Origin: an uncultured Candidatus Saccharibacteria bacterium
GTDB lineage: Bacteria > Patescibacteriota > Minisyncoccia > Phycocordibacterales > UBA1006
DNA length: 53,201 bases
NCBI GenBank assembly: GCA_964415895.1
Contig: CAYQCC010000007.1
Location: 1-53,201, forward strand
Direction of reading: 5' to 3'
Part shown: one piece after another, positions 1 through 7,584 of the stretch
How the letters are laid out: each line of letters opens with the position of its first letter
Position numbering within the stretch: position 1 is the first letter of the stretch
Made by a program: the position numbers and the translations under genes
The notes under the pieces: model-generated
The model's database searches: none
What the model was told of the DNA's origin: nothing
What the model saw: only the letters and a program-made list of their open reading frames with translations

Positions 1-1
1 G

Positions 2-307
2 CACAGCACCCTACTGATTTATGTGAAGGGAGAGAAAATGGAAATACCTGCCAATATAGGACAGGGTGCCGTCCATAATCCTATCAATACGCATGTTGAG
101 GATGCCCCAGCAGGAATCATCCATCTGGAATTTTCAGGACTCGTGCGAAACAGCAATACACGGCTCGATGAATTTTTTAAGGCTTGGAATAAAACCATAA
201 GAACGTTTAGCGAGAACGTAACCATGACGGTGAACGGCGAACCAAGCACCGCGTATGAGAATTATTATATGAAGGACGGAGATGTTATAGAGCTCCGGTA
301 TGAATAG
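2..307 (+). CDS. 5'-truncated hypothetical protein (H-x-L-x-I...IPANIG...GIIHLE family, possibly metal-related)
   Basis: Frame is open from position 2 (HSTLLIYVKGEKMEIPANIG...), so the gene probably starts before the window; IPANIG and GIIHLE motifs. Confidence 0.6.
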   Translation, partial: HSTLLIYVKGEKMEIPANIGQGAVHNPINTHVEDAPAGIIHLEFSGLVRNSNTRLDEFFKAWNKTIRTFSENVTMTVNGEPSTAYENYYMKDGDVIELRYE

Positions 308-369
308 TTGGTTACTTTTATTAATTTAATTATCACTATTGTTTCAATGAAATATAAAAAATTATAATT

Positions 370-1395
370 ATGTCCACCCAAACCTATCAATTTCATATTC
401 ATGGAATGCATTGCAATGCGTGCGTTCTTCTGACGGAAAACGAGTTGAAAGATATTCCTAACATCACTTCTGCAAAAGCAAGTCTGAATAATCATTCAGT
501 CGAGGTAGTCGGGGATTTTGGAGACAAAACTCCTGAGCAGATTGCAGAGGAGCTTACGGTTCCATTGAAACCGCTCGGCTATACGGTATCTGTTGAAAAA
601 CAGCAAAGAAAAGGTAACTGGAGCGAGTTCAAAACAGCAGCTCCTATCGCACTTGCATTTGCAGTCCTGTTTGTGTTCCTTCAAAAGATCGGTATGGTAA
701 ATCTGGTGGACGGAGGAAATGTAAACTACAGTACTGCATTCGTCATTGGTATCATTGCTTCGCTCTCCACTTGCATGGCAGTAGTTGGAGGATTACTTCT
801 TTCCATGTCCGCAACCTTTGCAAAGGAAGGTGACAAGATAAAGCCCCAGCTCATGTTCCACGGTGGTCGCCTTGTTTCTTTCTTCATTCTGGGTGGTGCG
901 ATCGGGGCAATCGGATCGGCATTTACTTTGAACACCTCGGCAACGTTCGTCCTTGGAATGGTGATCGGAATCGTGATGCTCATCTTGGGAATCAATCTAC
1001 TTGATGTGTTCCCTTGGGCAAAGCAATTACAGCCATCTATGCCGAAGTTTATCGGAAAGCGTGCTCATGGAGTTTCAAAATACAATCACACCCTTACACC
1101 ACTTTTGGTGGGAGTACTCACATTCTTTCTACCATGTGGATTTACGCAGTCCATGCAGCTCTATACGCTGACCACAGGGAACTTCCTCACAGGTGGACTG
1201 ACCATGCTTGCGTTTGCACTTGGTACGCTCCCCGTACTTGCTATGATTAGTTTCAGTTCGTTTAGTATTCAGAACAATTCAAAAGCAGGAATATTTTTCA
1301 AGACTGCAGGACTCGTCGTTATCCTGTTTGCACTGTTCAATATTATCAACTCATTGGTTGTGCTCGGTCTTATACCGCCAATATTTAATTTCTAG
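370..1395 (+). CDS. Heavy-metal-associated (HMA) domain fused to DsbD_2 / TauE-SafE-like membrane domain
   Basis: N-terminal GMHCNAC metal-binding motif; multi-TM region with STCMAVVGG and FFLPCGFTQ motifs. Confidence 0.85.
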   Translation: MSTQTYQFHIHGMHCNACVLLTENELKDIPNITSAKASLNNHSVEVVGDFGDKTPEQIAEELTVPLKPLGYTVSVEKQQRKGNWSEFKTAAPIALAFAVLFVFLQKIGMVNLVDGGNVNYSTAFVIGIIASLSTCMAVVGGLLLSMSATFAKEGDKIKPQLMFHGGRLVSFFILGGAIGAIGSAFTLNTSATFVLGMVIGIVMLILGINLLDVFPWAKQLQPSMPKFIGKRAHGVSKYNHTLTPLLVGVLTFFLPCGFTQSMQLYTLTTGNFLTGGLTMLAFALGTLPVLAMISFSSFSIQNNSKAGIFFKTAGLVVILFALFNIINSLVVLGLIPPIFNF

Positions 1396-1408
1396 TATAA
1401 TTAAAACT

Positions 1409-1801
1409 ATGAAGATAATAATTATTTCAATCTTGGTCGCACTAATCCTCGTTGGAGGAGCGTTCATGCTGACAAAAGAAAAAAGTGAACCGAAGGCAGA
1501 TACAGCCCCAGTAAATAATGTGTCCATCATAGATGGCAAGCAAATTATTACTATTACTGCCAAAGGAGGTTATAAACCAACTAATAGTGTTGCGAAAGCA
1601 GGTATCTCAACGATTATTCGTTTTGATACTAGGGGAACATTTGATTGTTCATCATCGGTAAACATCCCAAGTATGAACATTTCAAAAATATTACCACAGA
1701 CAGGATCTACAGATATCGATATTGGGATACCGGGGGTAGATGCGCTCCAAGGAACATGTGGAATGGGGATGTATCCATTTTCGATTACGTTCCAAGAATG
1801 A
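1409..1801 (+). CDS. Cupredoxin-domain protein with N-terminal membrane anchor
   Basis: Start moved to ATG 1409 (MKIIIISIL, hydrophobic anchor); C-terminal CGMGM motif and an upstream Cys (FDCSS). Confidence 0.8.
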   Translation: MKIIIISILVALILVGGAFMLTKEKSEPKADTAPVNNVSIIDGKQIITITAKGGYKPTNSVAKAGISTIIRFDTRGTFDCSSSVNIPSMNISKILPQTGSTDIDIGIPGVDALQGTCGMGMYPFSITFQE

Positions 1802-1901
1802 TTAAGACACTTCCGTCAGGAACGACGGTAATTCTTTCATAAAGAAAATATGATGAGATTCCTCGAGTATTAAGGTTCGAACAGCCCTGAACTGGGCGAG
1901 C
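1802..1901 (-). repeat. att-like site B / relic recombinase tail
   Basis: Plus-strand AGGTTCGAAC..CGAGC, 26 nt from TTCGAA to GAGC; minus frame LAQFRAVRTLILEESHH...VS* open for 32 codons and ending 1 nt from the cupredoxin stop. Confidence 0.6.
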
Positions 1902-1906
1902 TAATC

Positions 1907-1937
1907 AAAAAACACCTGTTTATAGGGGTGTTTTTTT
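1907..1937. terminator. Bidirectional terminator-like hairpin after site B
   Basis: AAAAAACACC-TGTTTATAGG-GGTGTTTTTTT. Confidence 0.7.
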
Positions 1938-1960
1938 ATAAAAGGTATATAATAAACTAT

Positions 1961-3226
1961 ATGTTTGCTTACTTAATTCTTGAGATAGTTACAGGTATTA
2001 TTGGCTTATTAGCATTAATTGTATTAATGGTCCATTTGTATAAAAAACCTACCATTCATAAAATTGTAAAACAGCGAGGGATTTATATTCCGATAATATT
2101 ATTTATTGTTGCAGTTTTTGCAGGGTTAATTGCAAACCGTACCTATCCACCAAATTTTGCAATGCCTGTATTTATGCATTCACATGCACCAGGTGGTGTT
2201 CCTGCATCTATTCCTTTTAATAAAATTATAGATTTTTTTATTCATAAAAATCATTTTGAGAAAGTTGCCGATATTTCAACTGACCCAGCATCTGTACCGT
2301 CAACCCCACAGCTTCCAGATGCAGATGGAATTGTCCGCATTCATTTAACTGCAAAGGAAGTTATTTCAGAAATAGCACCAGGAATTTATTTTAATTATTG
2401 GACATATAATGGACAGGTACCTGGTCCGATGTTAAGAGTACGTGAAGGTGATACAGTCGAGTTATCATTAACGAATGATCCATCAAGTTTGCATCACCAT
2501 AATATTGATTTACATGCCGTTACTGGTCCAGGAGGCGGTGCATCAATTACTGATGTAAATCCAGGGGAGACAAAAACATTCAGATGGAAAGCCTTGAATC
2601 CAGGATTGTACGTGTATCATTGTGCAATGCCAAATGTCAGTACACATAATTCACATGGGCAATATGGTTTAATTATGGTTGATCCAAAAGATTCTACTAT
2701 TGGATTATCCAAAGTAGACCATGAGTTTTATATCATGCAGGGTGAATTATATACTGAAGGGCAATTAGGAAAACGTGGGTTGGTTCCATTTGATTCAGAT
2801 GCATTACTTGCAGGAGATCCAAACTATGTAGTGTTTAACGGTAAAATTGAAAGCGCTCCACGAATACATGCAAAGGTTGGTGATACAGTACGTATGTATG
2901 TTGGTAACGGTGGGGTAAATTTAATTTCATCGTTCCATGTAATTGGTGAAATTTTTGACAAAGTATATCCAGAAGCTGCAATAGGTGTCGGGTCATCGGT
3001 ATTTAAAAATGTACAAACAACTGCAGTATTGCCAGGAGGCGCAACAATAGTTGAATTTACAGTTGATGTACCAGGAAAATTTCTATTAGTAGATCATGCG
3101 CTCGCTCGGATGAATAAAGGGGCTTGGGCGGTTCTGGAGGTAACAGGAGATGAACAACCAAGTATTTTTTCTAAAACCAAATCCTTAATGGAGACTGTTC
3201 CTGCAGAAATGGAACATATGCAATAA
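1961..3226 (+). CDS. nirK: Copper-containing nitrite reductase (AniA-like), N-terminally membrane-anchored
   Basis: HNIDLH, YHC, SSFHVIG and VDH motifs supply the type-1/type-2 Cu ligands and catalytic Asp/His; hydrophobic N-terminus; likely start ATG 1961. Confidence 0.9.
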   Translation: MFAYLILEIVTGIIGLLALIVLMVHLYKKPTIHKIVKQRGIYIPIILFIVAVFAGLIANRTYPPNFAMPVFMHSHAPGGVPASIPFNKIIDFFIHKNHFEKVADISTDPASVPSTPQLPDADGIVRIHLTAKEVISEIAPGIYFNYWTYNGQVPGPMLRVREGDTVELSLTNDPSSLHHHNIDLHAVTGPGGGASITDVNPGETKTFRWKALNPGLYVYHCAMPNVSTHNSHGQYGLIMVDPKDSTIGLSKVDHEFYIMQGELYTEGQLGKRGLVPFDSDALLAGDPNYVVFNGKIESAPRIHAKVGDTVRMYVGNGGVNLISSFHVIGEIFDKVYPEAAIGVGSSVFKNVQTTAVLPGGATIVEFTVDVPGKFLLVDHALARMNKGAWAVLEVTGDEQPSIFSKTKSLMETVPAEMEHMQ

Positions 3227-3261
3227 AAGTATGGTGTATTCTAAAATCATTTAGTTACCAT

Positions 3262-3335
3262 AGTTACCTTACATTACCCTTACTAACCTCTGTATATCTC
3301 TCACACAGGTTCGAAGTGTAACCGATAGGCGGAGC
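3262..3335. repeat. att-like site A (putative attL), encodes the last 21 aa of the recombinase
   Basis: Ungapped direct repeat of 12642-12715; 3314-3335 vs 12694-12715 match at 21/22 nt. Confidence 0.85.
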
Positions 3336-5005
3336 ATAGTAGAAAAAACAGACGAAAACTCGTCTGTTTTTTCGTTAGACGATGTAAACAAAGGAGTTTT
3401 ATTAGGTTCGAACTTTGGATTCTCACTCTTCATTGTAATGAATCCATCCAAGAGTGCTTGAACCGATTTTGTATTGATAATACTAATCATTTCATCATTC
3501 CAGACTAGGTTCGAACGAAGTTTAGTAAGAATACTTCTTTTAGAATTAATCTGACCCTTACGCATAACGAATATAAACTCTTCAGCAAGATTAACTATCT
3601 CATTCGCACGAATAGTCCAATCAAGACTCACAGGCTTCTCTGAGGGCTTGTAGCGGGTCTCCAGGTCCAGTAAGTCAGATTTATATTCGTCATCAGTTAT
3701 CATTTTTTCGGCAAGCATCTCTCGGAGCCGTTTCTTTTTTGATTGATAGTCGGTAGCTTCTTTTTGTAGGATTTCTTCCTTGAAGAGGTTTCTATTAACC
3801 TCTTCATCTCTCATTTCCTTAATATGCTTTCTGCACCAGTCTGCAAGTTCTGAAGAAAGAGGTATTTTTTCTCCAACTTCTTTTATTAGGTAATCGGTTA
3901 GTCTTTCATCGCTTACAGATTTGTATTTGAGACCATTCTTCTTTTTCGAATTATTGTAATAATACGAATAATCAAGATACTTAGGGTTTTTCATCTCATC
4001 TATAGGTGTATTACATTGGGGGCAGTGTGTTTTATCCCTATGTGCAAATTTTTTCTTACAATCACAGATGACTTGGTATTTCTTATCAAGACCAATAAAA
4101 TCATTCTCTGGAGAAATTACAAAACCAGAAAATGTAGCCTCGTGTTTCTGAGTCTTCGGGATATTTCTTTTGCCGAGAATCATTTTGATTTCATTATGCT
4201 CATCTTCGGTAATAAGCCTAGGTAAGCTTTTGTCTAGCTCATATCTTTCACCCCCATAAAAGAAGAAGCCTGCATAGGTAGAATCTTTCAAAATTTCATA
4301 TATTCGTGAGGACTGTATTAGTTTGCCTCCAATCTTTTTTCGCTTTACAGTAGTCAATTTAAGCTCTTCTACGGCATACTTATAGAGCTTGCCAGCAGAA
4401 AATTCTTTAGTAAGAAACATCTTTAGAAGAATTTTAACTTTTTCTAACGTTGGCTCATCCACTAGCCATTTTCTATTTCCTTTCTCTTCCGTTTTATCAT
4501 TCAAGAAGCCTAGTGTTGCTACTCCGTGGGGAACACCAATAGAAGCTTTTTTAGCCTGACCTCGTTTTACATTTACTGAAAGGTCTTTAACAAATTGTTT
4601 GCCTTGACCAAACTCTACTGCTAGAACAATCACATTGTCCCAAGGGTAATAAACCTTGTCGTGGGTAATAATAGCTTTTAATACTCCTGAACTCAGGAGG
4701 TCGATAATCTTTCCACCCTCAGTCATATTTCTTGCCAGTCGGTCTGGCTTCCAACAAACTATTGTATCTACCTGACCTTTTTCAATCATCTGTATAAGGC
4801 TGGTAAACCCAGGACGAGCAAATTCTTTCTTTGCAGATTTTGATTCTTCAAATGTCTCAATAAAATCAGGAAGCTTATAAAAATCCACTATTCGCTTCGC
4901 TTCATCTTTTTGAGATTCAATAGAAAGCATCTGCCTATCTTCAGCCTCAGATGACTTTCTGTTGTAACTAGCAGGTTTTAGTTTTGTGAAATCTATATTA
5001 TTCAT
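3269..5005 (-). CDS. Large serine recombinase (resolvase + recombinase + Zn-ribbon/coiled-coil)
   Basis: YNRKSS catalytic Ser motif, DRLARN motif, CDC...CPQC Zn ribbon, coiled-coil region. Confidence 0.92.
   Translation of the reverse strand: MNNIDFTKLKPASYNRKSSEAEDRQMLSIESQKDEAKRIVDFYKLPDFIETFEESKSAKKEFARPGFTSLIQMIEKGQVDTIVCWKPDRLARNMTEGGKIIDLLSSGVLKAIITHDKVYYPWDNVIVLAVEFGQGKQFVKDLSVNVKRGQAKKASIGVPHGVATLGFLNDKTEEKGNRKWLVDEPTLEKVKILLKMFLTKEFSAGKLYKYAVEELKLTTVKRKKIGGKLIQSSRIYEILKDSTYAGFFFYGGERYELDKSLPRLITEDEHNEIKMILGKRNIPKTQKHEATFSGFVISPENDFIGLDKKYQVICDCKKKFAHRDKTHCPQCNTPIDEMKNPKYLDYSYYYNNSKKKNGLKYKSVSDERLTDYLIKEVGEKIPLSSELADWCRKHIKEMRDEEVNRNLFKEEILQKEATDYQSKKKRLREMLAEKMITDDEYKSDLLDLETRYKPSEKPVSLDWTIRANEIVNLAEEFIFVMRKGQINSKRSILTKLRSNLVWNDEMISIINTKSVQALLDGFITMKSENPKFEPNKTPLFTSSNEKTDEFSSVFSTMLRLSVTLRTCVRDIQRLVRVM
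3343..3372. terminator. Terminator-like hairpin inside the recombinase 3' coding region
   Basis: AAAAAACAGACG-AAAACT-CGTCTGTTTTTT, perfect 12-bp stem. Confidence 0.65.
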
Positions 5006-5140
5006 AACAAAAATGAGGTAACGACATTACTTTAGTTGCTACACCAAGCGTGTCATTACCTCGTTTTTATTCACAAAAACACCCATACTAATAATAATTT
5101 CACAGTGTGTTTTTATGGACATATCGCCTGGTGTAGCTCT
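5006..5140 (-). promoter_or_regulatory. Structured leader of the recombinase gene (attenuator-like)
   Basis: Long hairpin ending in CTCATTTTTGTT directly before the ATG; 9-nt complementarity between 5038-5046 and 5129-5137. Confidence 0.45.
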
Positions 5141-5499
5141 TACATTTTATCAAGATAAGGTCTTAATAACAATTAAGCTAACTTGATACAAAACAGTAAA
5201 CTTTATTTTTGGTGATAGGAAGACTCCATAGCCCCCTTACCCCCAAGCTTGGAAGTATTCGTGAAGAAACTTATTTCCGCTGTATCTCGGAGTTTCTTAG
5301 GTCCCACTCTAAGAGCTTTAATCTTAGCTCCCGATATTCCGTCATTCGCCAGGACCACCGTTCACGGCAACGAATGACTTAGAAGAAGTTTACTTCATTT
5401 TCGTATGATGAGGTTTCCTCCATCCTATGAATTAAGCTGGCATCCAAGAGAGGCTCATAGGTTCGCCCACCTTTCTCTCAGGTTTGAGTCATTGCTGAC

Positions 5500-5535
5500 T
5501 CAGAACACTACCCACTGCAATGGGTAGTGTTCTGA
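5500..5535. repeat. Perfect 15-bp inverted repeat
   Basis: TCAGAACACTACCCA-CTGCAA-TGGGTAGTGTTCTGA, immediately downstream of the 55-aa ORF. Confidence 0.85.
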
Positions 5536-5536
5536 A

Positions 5537-5704
5537 TTAATAATGCTTCTGTGGTTTTAGTTTCAAACTTTGGACCATAATTTCAAGAAAAAATTGTCCC
5601 AGATTGTTAATATCCTCGTCGCTTAACTTGCACTCAAAATCTTCACCGTGCGTTTTACGGAGAATTTCTCGAAGTTCAGTTAGTGCTAGTTTGCTGAGGA
5701 CCAT
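5537..5704 (-). CDS. Small 55-aa protein (not in the ORF track)
   Basis: Manual translation MVLSKLALTELREILRKTHGEDFECKLSDEDINNLGQFFLEIMVQSLKLKPQKHY*; co-oriented upstream of the LSR. Confidence 0.65.
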   Translation of the reverse strand: MVLSKLALTELREILRKTHGEDFECKLSDEDINNLGQFFLEIMVQSLKLKPQKHY

Positions 5705-5787
5705 ATTTAGGGGTCCTCTTGTTGCAAAAAAGCAGTCTAGAGGACTGCTTCTATCTTGCTACTTATTCAAATTTACCTCAGCCTGGT

Positions 5788-6627
5788 TTAAGGAATTTGC
5801 TTAATTAATCCAGTTTTAATTTGAGTCTTATTATCCTTGGCTTTTTTAATAATCGACTTAATATAATTTCCTGAATAGGGTTTTCCATCGGGTTTTTTTA
5901 GATTAAACCTGTGGAAAATGTAATTCGCAATTAATTCATCCTTTGCTCTCTCCAAGGCTTTTCTTTTGCCATTAATAGTAAACTTTTCCTTATATTCAGA
6001 TGAAAATCTTAAAGCAAAGGCACTTCTAATTTCTTCAGAAGAGAATGTATCTAGAACTCGAATCCACAATTCAAGCCCGCCAGTATCTGTTTTGGTTGCG
6101 CGTTTTTTTACCTTAGGAACACCTATTCCAATCTCTTTAAATTTTCTCAAAACATCATTTCCTGGAGTTCTTAAGAAATCAAAAATCTGTTGGTTGTCAG
6201 CCCCTGGGATAATTTTCAAATATAGGGCATCAGTGTCTGTTGTATCTTTAGTCCAAAATACATTTCCAAAAGGAATATTTTTATAAGTATCTTCTTGGAT
6301 ATCACCGAAAATAAATAATTCCGAAATCACAGGCTCCCACTCAGGTCGCAGTATTAAGTATTTATATTCAGGGTATTTCTTCGTTAGGGCCTTACGGAAA
6401 CCAATAAAAGCTTTAGACAAGATAGGTTTTTCATTGATAATTTCTTTAACAAAGCTATTTCTCAATACTAAGTTTGTCCAGTCGTATTTATCAATGAGAT
6501 ATTCAAAATCCTGATTATCAATACCGCCAGTTTTTCTGTACTTTACAGCTATTTTCTCGGTCTCTGCACTTGCTATAGTTTCAATGGCAAGATTCTTCCT
6601 ATTGTTGTTTGGTGTAGCATTTCTCAT
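5788..6627 (-). CDS. Hypothetical protein, possible C-terminal DNA-binding helix region
   Basis: 279-aa ORF; basic helical C-terminus; no family recognised. Confidence 0.65.
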   Translation of the reverse strand: MRNATPNNNRKNLAIETIASAETEKIAVKYRKTGGIDNQDFEYLIDKYDWTNLVLRNSFVKEIINEKPILSKAFIGFRKALTKKYPEYKYLILRPEWEPVISELFIFGDIQEDTYKNIPFGNVFWTKDTTDTDALYLKIIPGADNQQIFDFLRTPGNDVLRKFKEIGIGVPKVKKRATKTDTGGLELWIRVLDTFSSEEIRSAFALRFSSEYKEKFTINGKRKALERAKDELIANYIFHRFNLKKPDGKPYSGNYIKSIIKKAKDNKTQIKTGLIKQIP

Positions 6628-6740
6628 CTTCCAATCTTACCAATTTCAAGGAAAAATGATAGAATTAGCATTAACAATTCAATATTGCCGACCTAACCCT
6701 CATCGCTTGCGGTGAGATATGGTCAAATCCGCAAAAGTAT

Positions 6741-6840
6741 AAAGAACCCCTAGTCAGGGTCTGACTTTTGCAGTCCCATCGGGAAACTGGTGGTGTTGCT
6801 CTCTTCGGAGGGCGTACGCTTGGCTAGGGGCTTTTTGTAT
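6741..6840 (+). ncRNA. Putative C4/CI-like antisense RNA (three-way junction)
   Basis: Outer stem CCCCTAGTCA/TGGCTAGGGG, inner hairpin 6771-6789, C(UUCG)G hairpin 6798-6813; ACTTTTGC (6764-6771) is complementary to flanking GCAAAAGT copies. Confidence 0.55.
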
Positions 6841-6888
6841 GGCTAATTCTGGCAAGCGCATTATCAAAAAACCCGCAAAAGTAAAACT

Positions 6889-7110
6889 ATGGAATATTTT
6901 ATACAGGTGGCGATTGTTGCCTTTCTCGTCTGGGAATTTAATAGACGAATTAATAAGCTAGAGCGTCTGGTTTTAAGTCTGGAATTGCGACTTGGCGATA
7001 AGGTAAATAAGCCCAATGATTTTGATAAGTGGGCTGAAGAGCATAAGAAAAAACCTTTTCTATCTAAAGAAGAGTTGGAAAAAGAAAAGCACGAAGCTGG
7101 GGAAATTTAG
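6889..7110 (+). CDS. Small protein with N-terminal TM helix and charged coiled-coil
   Basis: 73 aa; hydrophobic YFIQVAIVAFLVW followed by a charged helix. Confidence 0.65.
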   Translation: MEYFIQVAIVAFLVWEFNRRINKLERLVLSLELRLGDKVNKPNDFDKWAEEHKKKPFLSKEELEKEKHEAGEI

Positions 7111-7505
7111 TCTTGCTGAGAGAGTTTTTCTACCACTCTTCGAGCAATTTCATCGTGATTTAAATCGAAACCAAAAGGAGGAAAATCGTAAAGCTGGGAA
7201 CTATCAAGTCTTGGGTCCGTAGAGAAATCCTTTTTGAATTTTCTCTCAAGAATCCACGCTGTAGCTTTCCAGTCTTTTTCACCAGCTTTCTCAATTTTCT
7301 GTATAAGCTTCTGTTTATATTCAATCACTTTTTGACCCATTTGTTCTGAAAATTCTGAATTTGTACGCTTCCATCCGCACAGGGTATCTTCTGAGATGCC
7401 AGCCAGCATTGAGGCATCTCTTTGAGTCATTCCGTTACCTAGAGCCTCTAGGATTATTGTGACCCTTTCGGGGGTCATTTTGTATGGTTTAGAAGGTTTT
7501 GCCAT
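7107..7505 (-). CDS. Phage terminase small subunit-like HTH protein
   Basis: N-terminal HTH (QRDASMLAGISEDTLCGW) followed by DWKATAWILERKF, a pattern I associate with putative phage TerS proteins. Confidence 0.55.
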   Translation of the reverse strand: MAKPSKPYKMTPERVTIILEALGNGMTQRDASMLAGISEDTLCGWKRTNSEFSEQMGQKVIEYKQKLIQKIEKAGEKDWKATAWILERKFKKDFSTDPRLDSSQLYDFPPFGFDLNHDEIARRVVEKLSQQD

Positions 7506-7584
7506 AGGAAATCATAGGTTGATTTGCTATTGCAGTAGCCTAATTATTATATCAAAAAATGGGTGAAAATGGTAAAATCCACTT

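Noticed and set aside
3301-3340. GGTTCGAA resembles a tRNA T-loop (also at 1874-1881), suggesting a tRNA integration site
   Set aside because: No T-stem pairing, no D or anticodon arms, and the distance to GGAGC is about 7 nt longer than in a tRNA 3' end.
6741-6840. Cobalamin or c-di-GMP riboswitch, or hammerhead ribozyme
   Set aside because: The core consensus nucleotides of these families are absent; the antisense/target geometry fits a C4/CI-like RNA better.
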